Shown here one piece after another: positions 13,053-25,900 of a stretch of DNA of 64,000 nt. The notes below the pieces were generated by a model. The model did not search any database. It was given only the letters and a program-made list of their open reading frames with translations, and had not been told where the DNA came from. Made by a program: the position numbers and the translations under genes. The stretch's first letter is position 1. Every line of letters starts with the position of its first letter. Source of the DNA: Catajapyx aquilonaris (Eukaryota); contig KZ537960.1 of the NCBI GenBank assembly GCA_000934665.2, positions 62,001-126,000 of the forward strand, in the 5' to 3' direction.

Positions 13053-14599
13053 ATGTATTCGAATTGGCTGGTGAAGCAGGAGCCACCTGACTTGGAAGAT
13101 GACCCAAACATGGAAGGTATGGCTCAACAGTGCCCAGAAGAGGAGACGAGGCGAGAAGCACAAGCTGTGACCAAGTCAGGCGACCCAGAGGACACTGTCA
13201 ATTTGTACCAAGTAAGTGTTTCAATTTCTTGACATGCCCTCTGAACTATAGAGGTTCACTAATTCCTTTCTTCCTTCATGCTTCTTTATCTGTGGTTGGT
13301 CTGCACTGTACAGTACCCACTTGGATCGCCCACAAGGGCTTCCTTTTACAGTACCCTCTTTCATTTAGAGAAGCCCACGTGTGCACAGGAAAAGTAATCA
13401 ATATCAAGTTATATTCGTCACCATATTTTCCGGGAATTCTTTACTCAGATTTTTTTCCGGGTGATAAATCCAGGGAAAAGAGAGGAAGTAGACCAGCTCG
13501 TACATTATGAGTCTTAATCTCATTTGAGCACGAGATATGCACAAGAAAACTTATTTTCCCTTCAGACGACTTCATGATATTGGTGTCTACTTTCATCTTA
13601 CTGTGCTGCGCATCCTGTTTATCAATGCCACCGACCCTTTTATTGATATAACATTGTTACAGCATCCATCTCTCTCCATCTTTTATAGATTGATTAGATT
13701 TGGATGTCCATTTCCGTGGTAGTGCCTTCTTCTTCCTTCCGCATTATTTGAAAGATTTCTGCCCTCCTCCTTGTAGGTAATAAAGAAAAGGCAATATCTC
13801 ACTTCCCAAAATTGAAAATTTCCCCAACTTAACTGCTAAGCTACGCCACGCATTTGAAACGTATAATATTGGGGTCAATGTGTTTCTTGCACGAGTTAAA
13901 GCCGAAGTGACCCATAGTTATAACTTTATAAGAGTTATTTGATATGGCCAGCGTCACTTACAGTCATTTTCTCGCTTTTAAAAGGCAGGAGATGCTGCAA
14001 AAAATACTTGGAGTCCGATACAGGATATGTTAACGGAGGTGTACGTCTCAGAAGAAGTAAAGAACCTTGGGACGATCGAAATCAAAGAGGGGACAACTTC
14101 AATTTCTCGCTTCGAAAAGGCAGGAGATGCTGCAAAAAATACTTGCAATGCCATACCAAATATCACAACGATGCTGGAAATCGGAAAACCAATGGAGATG
14201 ACAGAGGAGCCTTTACTATTTGAGGATGACACTACTTCAACTCTACAATTGGACCAAGAGTTGCAGGGGTACAACGAGGGTTCATCTCCACAATTAAAAG
14301 AAGAGTTGCAGGGGTACGACGAAAAGAAGGTCGTATTACCTCCACAATTAGATGAAGAATTGCAGAGTGACGACGTAAAGAAATTTGTTTTATACCCACC
14401 ATTGTACCCAAAGTTACAGGGAGACGACGAAAAAATAGTTTCATCTCCACAATTAAAAGAAGAGTTGCAGAGTGACGATGAGAAGGTCCAATTATTACTA
14501 CAATTATTAGAAGAAGAGTTGCAGAGTGACGACGAGTTCGTTTTACCGTGTCATACCGTCGGCTCTAAATTGGCAAGTATGCGCCATGGTTGTTGGTGA
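13053..14599 (+). CDS. Candidate acidic repeat protein of unknown function, possibly 5' exons of the drosha transcript
   Basis: ATG 13053 reads MYSNWLVKQEPPDLEDD...NLYQ to a strong phase-0 donor CAA|GTAAGT at 13212. A pyrimidine-rich acceptor (ttttctcgcttttaaaag|GCA, exon from 13985) is in frame with the 190-aa acidic ORF 14027-14599. Confidence 0.5.
14243..14540 (+). repeat. Degenerate tandem repeat (~6 units of ~40-55 bp) within the ORF, encoding xQL(K/D)EELQ(G/S)(Y/D)DE
   Basis: Recurring ccacaattaaaagaagagttgcag(g/a)g core. The reading frame stays open through all units. Confidence 0.85.
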
Positions 14600-14793
14600 T
14601 CTAACTAATTTTTGTGATGTTTTGTTGAGCTGCTGATTCCATTTTTTCGTAGTTGGCGCCAGGCCCGAGTCAGCCACAGCTGTCCGAATGCGACCCTCAG
14701 TTCGGAAGCGGAGGTAGCAACGCGCCCAAACATAAGGGGAAGAAGAGGGCAGAGCACACGGTCGTGTGTGGCCATCCGTCGCAGGGCTGGAAG

Positions 14794-17700
14794 ATGCCTC
14801 GATGTCCTCCTCCACCTGGGGTGGTCAGGCACCAGGCGGCTATGATGAGGGGGGGCATGGGGCCTGAGTTCTTCGGGAGAGGCCCGCGCCCGATGGGACC
14901 CGCGGTGCAAGGAGGGCCGGGGTTCGCCCCTGGGCCGCCCCCTGGAATGCAGCCTGGTGGACCACCCGGTGTGCCCATGCCTCCTGGCATGCACTGCCCG
15001 CCGCCGCCTGCTTGGGGCTCCATGCCTCCGATGTACTCTCCGCAATGGGGACAACCACTGCCACCACCACAAATGGTATACTCAACATATGGTATCGCTT
15101 TTAAGTTGGGCTCATAATGCCACTGGTGCTAAACTTCTCAGCAGCAAACTACACCTGCAGAATTAACATGGCAACTCTGATTGTACAAAAGCACATATCT
15201 TTATCTAAAATGTATGGCTTGTTTCAGCAGCCTGCAATGCCATTAGGAAATCATGGCTTCAACGTGCAAGGCTCCAACATGCCTGCAATGCAGTGCCACT
15301 TCCCGTCGCCAGTGCCACCGACCCTGCGTCCACCTCCAAACATGTACCAAAATGTTGTGCCCATACAGGGACCACTCCCAGTACCATATATGCCACCACA
15401 ACCCCAGACCCAACCTCAAAATCCAGGGCAAACCCAGCCCTGTTGCTACATGCCAATTCCTTTCCCTCCCCCTGTCAATCTCCCACCCCCACTGCTTCAG
15501 GTGAACAACTCGGCTACATCACCAGCAGTGGCTTCTTCTGCTGCTGTCAGGGAATCGCAGGATGATGCAGGCACCAGGGACCCACACTCATCCAGCCCAG
15601 CAACTGATCACAGGAGGTCTCATAGGCGTAGATACAGATCCAGGTCTGGGTCCCGAGGACGCGAAGATGACAGGAGACGCTCTCAAACACCTGTCAGGGA
15701 TCGGACAAGGTGAGGGTAAATCTCAAGGGCCACTGAACTGACTGACATGAATTCTTGTTGCAGTGAGTCTAGAGAGAGGAGGTATTCTTCTAGTCGAGAC
15801 AGGGATCGTGAGAAGGACTCGGGAAGGTCAAGATTAGAATCAAGGACCTGGGACAGGCAGTCCTGCAGTCGTGAGAGAGGTAGGGACAGACGGTCACCAC
15901 CCAGGCCTAGGAGAGAGCGATCAAGTAGCAGAAGTCAGAAGAGTATGTATCGGCCAAGACGATCTGAACACAGAAGCCCTGATGATCAGCCGTGAGTTAT
16001 TAATTATAATGTTACCCCTCTGTGTATTATGACTGAAGTGTTGAGATGAAATAAGCCTGAATGCTTGAGTAATTGAGTGAATGTTAAAGCCAAGGTTAAA
16101 GACATTGCCAGCTTTCACAGAAGGTGCACAATGGACATATTTTCAATTTTGGTTGCTCATAGATTTTAAAATTTAAATGTTTGAATGCTGCTCCCTTTCC
16201 AATACCGTAGTACGTTGCTTTATGACACTTTGCTTTGCAGTGCTTTGATAATGCAAGACTTTTCAATGATATTAATTAATTTTATTTTTGGAGCTTGCCT
16301 TGCTCTTGGAGTGTACATTCACATTAGCTGAGTCCCAGCCTAATTGACCAAATTAACCAGGTCCATTTTAAATGTGTTTTTTTTTTCCTGGTATAGCACT
16401 CCTGCACACTAAATAAAAAATGTAAACATGTTTCGAGGCTTCCATATGGACTAGGAAGTTTAAAAAGTCTGTGATTCACTCTATTGTGACATTCACTTTA
16501 TGTCAGTGGTCTGGAACGTAAGCCACTGTATTAGCGAGGCATGCCTATATCTGGATTGTGTAATTCAGTAAGGGTAATAATATTTTCTTGCTTTTTCCAG
16601 ATCAACTTCTGCTGCCACAGATCCAGCTGAACCCAAGGGAGAGTCTGCCAAGCTGCCACAGATGCTTCAGAAATTGACTCCAGAAGAAATGCTTGAGCAG
16701 GAGAAGAAGGTTTGGGTGAGATCTGCACCTGCTGATCTCCACTACATACGGGATGAAGAGTAAGTGGTATTCCTTTCCACTCATCTTTCTTGTTGGCAAC
16801 TAAAGCAGCACATTGGCAAATAATGTTTTGCTGACACCAGTAATTATTATTATTATCAATTGCATTATTACAGGAACACCAAGATAATGAGAGCAACTCC
16901 CAAGTTGGAGGCACTCTGCAAACGTTTTGAGCATGATCTCTTGAAACGTGCTGAACGTGTCCGGGCAGCTAAGCCGAAGTTTGAGTTACCACCACGCAGG
17001 CAGAAATTGCGGATCAGCAAACACAGAGGTATTTCATGGTACTGGCAGATTTTTTTTTTGCTTTATTAATGCCTGCCTTTTGGAACAGCAACATGCTCCC
17101 CCTGCGATAGCAGTTCAGACGATTCCAGTTCAGAGGAGGATGAGAGTGACTTAGCTTTGGAGGAGCTGGAGAGAAAGAAGCAGCATCCAGACCGCCTTCA
17201 TCCAGAGCTTTGGTATAATGATCCTGGTGAGATGAATGATGGTCCGCTCTGCAGGTGCTCCGTTCGAGCTCGGAGGTCTGGAATTCGACATGGTATTTAT
17301 GCTGGTGAATCAGGACTCAAACCATGTGACCTACTTACCAACAATGCACATCGATTGCATCACTACCGGATCACTATTTCACCTCCTACAAACTTCTTGG
17401 TAGGTTAATATTGAAAGAAACAAAATTAAAGACAAACATTAATGACTATTTTATTTGACAGACTAAAACTCCTACTATAATCAAGCATGATGAACATGAG
17501 TTCATCTTTGAGGGTTTCTCCCTTTTGTCACATCATCCTCTGGAGAAGCTCCCTACCTGCAAAGTTATTCGATTTAATATCGAATACACCATTCTGTACA
17601 TTGAGGAGAAATTGCCAGAAAATTATGTAGTTGAAGAATTGGAACTGTTTGGTATGTGATTAGTAACTCATTGGTTTTTTGCTGTCCATTACCTGAGTGC

Positions 17701-20700
17701 TTCCATGTTTACAGGCAAGTTTCTCTTCACTGAGTTGTTGGAATTGGTTGATCTGGACATTCATGCTGCAGGAGACAAAGATGGCTGCCCTCGCTTTCAC
17801 ATTATGCCCCGTTTCGTAAGAGAGCTTCCTGGTAAGTAATTAATAGGTGTTATTTTGCATCATGTTCTTATGGAATATTGCTATGCTTTTCAGATAATGG
17901 AAAGGAAATATTGTCCATGAATGTGGTTATGGCATACTTGTTGGAGAGCAGCAAACCGTTGATCAATGAGTCAGAACTTCCCCACCTGCTGCAGATGCCT
18001 CGGTTTGATTGGCACAATTATGTAGATGAGATTAAGGGCATGATTGTGACCTACCCTGGAATGAAGCCATGTTCTATGCGAGTTGACCAACTCGACAGGG
18101 AACAGGAGTCACGCAAGAGGAATGAGCAGCAACTGGAGAAGGAAGGGACAGGAGAGGAAGGAGAAGACGTGAAGGAGGGAGACAAAGAAAAGGTGGCAGA
18201 GAAGGATGAAGCACCTCCTGAAGGAAGTCATGCCTATCCTGAGATTGTTCACTTTGGAATCAGGCCACAGCAGCTGAGCTACGCTGGCAACCCAGAGTAA
18301 GTTGAACAGAAACTCATAAGTCACTTGAGAAGTTGTATAAGCAACTGGTGTATATGTTTTGAACATAACTATTAAGATTCTATTATGGTTGCATAAACTT
18401 ATTAGAATGTGTTAGTGTCATGTTTATTAATTTTTCTGCTAGAATTTCATATTGACCACTTGAACTATAATATGAATAATTTGACGACCTGCAGGTACCA
18501 GAAAGCTTGGCGAGAGTATGTGAAATTCCGGCATCTCTTGGCAAACATGCCCAAGCCATCTTTTGAAGAGAAACGGAAGCTGGAAGCCAAAGAGAATCGT
18601 CTCCAAGAGATGAGGATGCAGAGCAAGATGAAGCGAGACGTGACAGTAGCTATATCCAGCAAAGGATTTTATCGCAGCGGGATCATGTGTGATGTGGTGC
18701 AACATGCGATGCTCATTCCTGTGCTGGTTTGCCATCTGCGCTTCCACCAGTCACTGAACATTCTTGAAGATAGCATAGGATACAAGTTCCAAAATCGATA
18801 TCTGTTGCAGCTGGCATTAACTCATCCTTCTTATAGGCAATGATAATCAGTAGTATCTATGGAGGTGTACTCGGCCCTCTGCATTGACCTGGTCAAAGAT
18901 GCATGTACTTTTATCAGTAACTTTGTTTCACAATTCATAGAAGTTGTCCTATTTCCAGGGAGAATTTTGGAACAAATCCTGATCACGCTCGCAATTCTCT
19001 GACGAACTGTGGAATACGTCAACCTGAATATGGTGACCGGCGGATTCACTACCTGAACACTCGCAAGAGGGGCATCAACACTTTGATCAACATTATGTCC
19101 CGATTTGGAAAGAAGCAGGAGACTGAGTCCAACATCACTCACAACGAGCGACTGGAATTTCTGGGTGATGCAGTGGTTGAGTTCCTCTCATCCATTCATT
19201 TGTTCCATATGTTTCCGGACCTGGAGGAGGGTGGATTGGCCACGTACAGGGCTGCAATTGTGCAGAATCAACATCTGGCAGTGTTAGCAAAGGTAAGGTT
19301 GCTTTCAAGTGAATTCAATATCATCGATTAAGTCAATAAGTTCTTGAGATGCATTTCCAAGAAGACTTGATTGATGGTTTGCTCTCAGTGTGGTGTCTAC
19401 TTCCTCTTTATATCTCTAAATTTCTAGAATTTGAAGTTGGACCAGTTCATGCTCTATGCTCATGGTTCTGATTTGTGTCATGATCTGGAGTTGCACCATG
19501 CCATGGCAAACTGCTTTGAGGCCTTGATGGGAGCTCTGTTTCTGGATGGAACCATTCAAGAGGGTGACAAAGTGTTTGCCAAAACATTGTATGGGGATGA
19601 CAAGGATCTCTTGGATGTGTGGGTCAACTATCCACCCCATCCCCTTCAAGAGCAAGAGCCCAATGGTGATCGCAAGTGGATTGATTCCTTCCCGCTTCTG
19701 CAGGTAGCACTTGCATTTGTTGTATTGTCATCACTGGGTACACTCTGAATCACATAAGTGTGAACCTTTCTGGATATCCATATGCCCAAGGGGTCGGTGA
19801 GCTGCCGCGCCGCAAAATTAGTCGTCCGTATCTCTGGCTTTCTCGAAGATACAGTGCTGGTATCAACAGTTTTTGAACTGATGATACATGTAATTCAAAT
19901 GCCTAATTATCATGGGCAGCCCATGCAGTAGCTGCAGCGCTACACAAACTGCACATTTTGTTGTGATGAGCGGTAGGACCCGGCATGTTGGGCACTACTT
20001 TCGGGCGGTTCACCGACCCCTCGGGCATATACATATCGAAAAAGGTTCACTCTTATGTGAATCGGAGTATATCTAGTGGTTGGACAATCAAGCCACTTCC
20101 ATGCAATTTATTGATCTTGTGTTGGTCTTGTTTCATTCTACAGAAACTGACAAAATTTGAGGAAGCGATTGGAGTTGAGTTTACTCATATCAGGTTGTTG
20201 GCACGTGCATTTACCGATCGAAGCATTGGATACAACAATCTGACACTGTAAGTAGTGGCGATTTTTGTTCCGATCATCGCCTAGTTTCTCCAACATTTGT
20301 TTAAGCTTTAAGGTATATGCTAAGTGTTGTACAACTGCATGCATGGAAAGTAGAGGTTTTGACAGCAGTGCCAGAATATTTATTTGTGCCTATTAGTACT
20401 GTAGGTTGAATTTGGGATAAAATTTAACAGGATTGCATTGTGGAATTTGAGTAAGGAATGTCATGAACTCCTATACTAACCATCACAACATACATTGCTT
20501 ACAGGGGTTCCAATCAAAGACTGGAATTTCTGGGTGATACAGTTTTGCAACTTATTGCTTCTGAATACCTGTACAAGTTCTTCCCCGAGCATCATGAAGG
20601 CCACCTTTCAGTGAGTGATGTTCGATTTTGTGTTTTAATTTCGGTGGTTTGACGATGGCTTTGTTATTATAGTTGCTACGGAGTTCATTGGTGAACAACC

Positions 20701-21380
20701 GTACTCAAGCTGTGGTCTGTGATGACCTTGGCATGACTGAATATGCCCTCTACTCCAACCCCAAAGCTGAACTGAAGACCAAAGATCGTGCAGATCTCCT
20801 GGAAGCCTTCTTGGGCGCCCTGTATGTGGACAGGGTTAGTGCGGCATGAATTAATGGAAAAGCAGTTGGTAATTAATTTTTTATTTGCAGGGCTTGGACT
20901 ATTGCCATGTTTTTTGCAACGTTTGTTTCTTTCCTCGACTGCAAGACTTTATCCTCAACCAAGACTGGAATGATCCAAAGTCAAAACTGCAGCAGTGCTG
21001 CCTAACCCTGCGAACAATGGATGGTGGAGAACCAGACATTCCTGTGTACAAAGTAATTGAGTGCAAGGGTCCTACAAACACCCGTGTATACACAGTGGCA
21101 GTATACTTCCGGGCAGAGAGGCTTGCTAAGGCATCAGGCCATTCCATACAACAGGCCGAGATGAATGCTGCCAAAGAAGCACTGGAAAGATCTCAAGGTA
21201 GGAATTACTGGAGCAGTTGATAGACTTCAATACTTTCCATGGATTGGTTGTGTATCCTTAATGCCTTTTTCAGATCTGTTTCCTCAACTGACCCATCAAC
21301 GTAAAGTAATTGCGAAGAGCATGAAGAAGCAGAGGAAACCTCAGAAGTCACCAGCATCCAGTAAGGGAAGGAGTCGGTGA
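14794..21380 (+). CDS. drosha: Drosha (class 2 RNase III, Microprocessor catalytic subunit), multi-exon; true N-terminus may lie further upstream
   Basis: Pro-rich N-terminus (14794-15709) and RS-rich exon (15764-15991). Conserved [79 protein letters not shown]. Two RNase III signatures, [14 protein letters not shown] and [15 protein letters not shown]-terminal ds[17 protein letters not shown]...[10 protein letters not shown]. Last exon 21274-21380. Confidence 0.97.
19751..20059. mobile_element. MITE with ~55-bp imperfect TIRs in a drosha intron; CAC...GTG termini and 3-bp AAT duplication (CMC-like superfamily is inferred)
   Basis: Left aat|CACATAAGTGTGAACCTTTCTGGATATCCATATGCCCAAGGGGTCGGTGA pairs with right TCACCGACCCCTCGGGCATATACATATCGAAAAAGGTTCACTCTTATGTG|aat. 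No ORF. Confidence 0.8.
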
Positions 21381-21870
21381 AACTGATGATCTTCAAGTTT
21401 TGGATGAAGGGTAGATGCCGACTCCTAACTGTTTCTCACTGATCCTCCCTTAAGCAAAGGTACTCTAAGACTCCTTGTGCTGAATCACAGAAAGCAGCAA
21501 GCACTGGTAATTATGATCTCATCTCATTATCCTGCTGAAGGCTGTGATGTAGTGATTAGATTTTATGCTGCTGGGCAGGGACTTCTGTGTTCTATGTGAT
21601 CTGCGACATTAACCACTATTCCACGGCACGCCCGCGCCCTGACTACCAGTAACTGACTGGCAGCCGGCAGGTGACATCAGCATTATGCAATGACCAAAAG
21701 AAAGCAGCATAGCTCTAGCACCAAACTATCTGTATATCATCAGAGAATGGGGAAGGCCCTGCCCAGCGATAAAAATTATCAACACTATTTCACTGCCTTG
21801 AGCTGAATAAATTTGTGGGACTAACTTGCTGGGGCTTGTCTGGGTGCATGGTCTTGGAATACTAAGGTCT

Positions 21871-22205
21871 GGGCACTCCCTCTTATCACCTGCCGGGGCG
21901 TTTTGCATGAGGTGCTCACTTGAGAGGGCCATGAGACAGCTTTTCACTGCAGTATTATGTGGCGACCCTACTGGACTAAGCTGAACTAAGGTAGAAGATA
22001 AGCCGCTACATGTGGGTCCAACATGGCCACCGGCAGCCATGTTGGGTCCCCCAATGTGGCACTTCCCTTTTGTACCTATAAAGTTCAGCGTAGTCCGGTA
22101 GGGTAGCCACATAATACAGCAGTGAAAAGCTGTCTCATGGCGCTCTCAAGTGAGCACTCGTGCAAAACGCCCCCGGCAGGCGATAAGATTGTAGGGGAAG
22201 TGTCC
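21871..22205. repeat. Long fold-back inverted repeat (~120-bp arms plus an inner hairpin)
   Basis: 21871-21987 is nearly the reverse complement of 22082-22205. Inner stem ccaacatggc/gccatgttgg at 22018-22045. A 13-bp direct repeat tgtctgggtgcat lies at 21837-21849 and 22212-22224. Confidence 0.92.
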
Positions 22206-22955
22206 GGGGGCTGTCTGGGTGCATCATAAGGCCCTAGACATGTCAATATATTATGTTTGTGAAAGTCCTTAATGTGACTGTGTGTCCTGCTGCAGATCTC
22301 TGCAAATGTCAAGTGTCATTCTTTATCTGCAGGTTTTGTACCTGCAAATTCAATCAACTGCTGACTGGAAATATTAGAAAATAACAGATACACATGAGCA
22401 GTTCTGAAAATGAAAACTTTTTACATATGATTTTATTGTAATAGGTGTCATACGTGATCTAGAGAGGATAAAAATTTAAAAGCATTCAGGACAATGTGTG
22501 TGTATTTTATGTATACAGTATACTACCCCATGTACTTGAGCATCCAAGGATTTTGGTGTTCACTTAACTTCCCGAAACCAATCCCTCCACATCTGTGTAA
22601 CCTCAATTTTAAAATATTTTGCCGATGAATGATTCATTAATGTGACCATCAACCAAAAATCTTTCTGCTGTCCAACTGTGCTTGGGTATACTCGCCTTTG
22701 CAGTCATAAGTTGCACTCGTGCATTCCCTTGTTTGTACTCTCTGATGGTCCAATAAATGATGGTGTAGGAGCTAGATTGAATGGAAACGATGCACAAAGT
22801 ACTCAAATCATTTTAATGGCACTTTTGGTTCCAAACATGTTCAACCTGTCAGTCCCATGTCATCAAAATGCTCCATTTGTACGTCATGCAGTGTTTTTTA
22901 AAAAAAACCCTGGATCAGTCAGACTCTCTTGAAGTGCAAGAGAGATGCAGCAGCT

Positions 22956-25900
22956 TCACTTCTCCTTCAGGATTGCCTTGATTGACTTTTGTGCTTCCCC
23001 CATCTGCTGGGTCAGCCGTTCCTTCATAGCGGTGGTGGTGGCAGTCTTCTTCTTTTCCTCCAGATCCTGCAAAGCCAACTTGTAACCCGTCACATTGTGG
23101 AAAACACGCACATGCTTGTCCCCTGTAGTCAGCAGGAACTTTCCCATGGAATCAAAGAGAACTGCCGTGATTGGTTCTGTTGGAAAAAGTGTGGATCAGT
23201 AACTTCTGATACACAAATGCCTCATAAATTGTTTACCCGAGTGAGCCTTTCGAATGGTCCTTTCAGAATGACCATTCTTGGTTGAATAGAACCCCACTGT
23301 GGTCCCGGAGGCAATGACAATCACACGGCTGTCAGGTGAGATGGCCACGCATGCAGGGTGCTCTGTTGCTTCATATTTCTCAGTCAGTAGCAGGTATGGA
23401 TCTTGTCCCTTTTCAAATTCAACTAAAAGGGGCATGGGCTGTTAGTGGATTGGTTCATGGAGCAGGGACAATGATGCAGTACCTGCCGTATTAAAAACTT
23501 TCCAGCTGCCATCCTTACACACTGTCACTGCGAGGGAAGCATCAGTGTTGAAGGCAATAGCATAGACACCCGAGTTGTGTCCCTTCAGGTCAAAGGCTTT
23601 GGATACCTTCTCAAATTCGCCCGATCTGCTGTAGCCAACTTTAAACACCTTGACATCTGGAGTGAAGCCTGTGCAAATAAAGTTCCAGTGCTATTTTTAG
23701 TATACCGTACATGTTGACCGCAATCCCCTTGGTCTCATCGGGGTTGTAGGACATGCATGGAGTCCATGCCCAGTGATACATGACAGTATATGAGGTAGAT
23801 AGATGGTATTTGGGCAACATGATGTTTCAAAATAGCATCTCACATGAGCCAATCATATTGGGCTCTTCACCAGTAGAACAGGGAACCGCACTGCATGGTG
23901 CATGCTCAGGAGTCACAGTACCAAATGCAACTACAAACCCAATGCCACTTGCCATTCATCAAATATGAATGAAATGTTACAGCATATCTGGAATCCAAGG
24001 TACTGTACAGTTTTGTACAACCTTTCACAGCATTTGCAGTTCTGTGGCATCTTACCCCAAGCTCCTTACTATCCCCCTAATGAGGTAAAATATTACAGGG
24101 TGACAATTGTTTATCAATGATTCTGAATACCAAAGCTCATGTTTGGTGCAGGCAAGTCCCAACCTCAAGACAATAACGACAATAGCTCTGTCCGGTTCCC
24201 TGTTCTCAGCTAGCTTTGAGGCAGTTCTCGGACTTCCATAGTTGATTTCCTGACTGTTTAGCACAAGTGTTGCTCACCAGAAGTTCCCACAAAACGACAG
24301 CAAGGTGATATGGCGAGACAGTATGTATTGAGGTGGTATGTGTCAAAGGTCGCCAGGACGTCCCCATTAAGATTCCACACCAGCACATCAGTCTTGCTAG
24401 AACATGAGACTGCAAACTTGCCATTGACAGCGACAGCCAGGTGGACAATGTCGCTCTGATGCTTCTGAAAATTCACACCATTTTTATTTTCTGAATTTTC
24501 CACCCACGCATTGTTTGGATGTCATCAGAAGTCTTCATCTTACCTTTTGAAAGGGGAAGGATGGCTCAATATTTCCAGGTGTTCCATCAGGCTTTTTGCC
24601 CACGCTGTACACCTCGAGGCTATTCTCCAATGCCTTGTGTGCAAAGAGGGCCCTTCCATCAGGATGCCACTTCACTTTGGTCGCATGATCGAATTCAATT
24701 TTGGCACGTGTGGATTTGTGGTGGCCTTTCCTCTCAAAGTCTTTAGTGCTCCAAATCAAGATACTCCGGTCTGAAATGACAGGGGCCTCCTTCATTTCTC
24801 CTGATTACGAAGCAAACTGACAATTTCTCCCAAAATGCAAAGCAGAGTGAAGGGAAGTGACTGCGTTCAAAAATTAAGAGCTCTCGTCACAAGTTAGTTA
24901 TAATTTTATTTTTCCATTTCTACAAAACTACAAAATGGACATGTATCAAAATGTGTGGTAATACTATTCATGATGAACCACTTTATTTTGTTTGACCCCA
25001 AAAAGAGGCTAGATATTTAAATGCTACAGTCACACTTTTTTAACAAAGACATTTCTTGAACCATGCTAACAGCATGCGTATGTGAAAACAAGGGGGCTGA
25101 ACAGAGAAAATAAGAACATTGCCCACCGTGAAAATTGTTAAAAGAATTGGCCATGCAAGAAAATGTGCAAAAATTCCACATAAAACATCACAACCATCTA
25201 ATGATCCACCAAATTCATCCTAATGACTACAAAAAAATCACATTGTGCCAAGAGCACAACCATCAACACAACCCTTGAAAAGGGCTGCAAAGTACTGAAG
25301 GTACACATATCATAAATAATAATAATAAACTGATGGCGCTTTTTGGTTTACATCCTTTTCGTTTCAATGGCACAGTGGTTGAAAGTAGAGCTCGATCCAG
25401 TCAAGCACCACCATTGTCCAGGCAAGTTAAAAAATTTATTTTAAAAGATCAGACGACTGTAGATGCGACTTTTGATTTTTTTAAAGAAAGGATTCCTATT
25501 GCTGAAGTCCAACTTGGAATGTCAAGTGTAGCCCACTTGCTATGTTACTGAGCGCGATATGACCTTTTTCCCAACACAAAATGGCTATGAGATCACAAAG
25601 TAAACACTTACGGACAGTATAAATAGTATAAACAACAATGTATAAACAACGGTAAAACACATGCAAACAGGAAGTTATGTACAGAGTGGAAAACTGTGCC
25701 CACAGTTAAACTACCAGACGTCTGGGCCCTTCTTTGCAAATTTATATTGCCTTGGTACAGATTGGCAAAAAAATATGTTACGAAAAATATGGGTGCACAA
25801 CAGTTGAGCATTTTTGTTGATAACCACAACTTTTCAAAACTGAAACACTCACTTTTAGCATGTGAACTGTCCAGAATCCACTGTAAATGTTTTTTGGGCA

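Noticed and set aside
14243..14540. Repeat array as a CRISPR
   Set aside because: Eukaryotic context, degenerate in-frame repeats without unique spacers, and no cas genes.
14543..15088. Several overlapping minus-strand ORFs over the drosha 5' exon
   Set aside because: Shadow ORFs caused by GC-rich Pro/Gly codons on the opposite strand.
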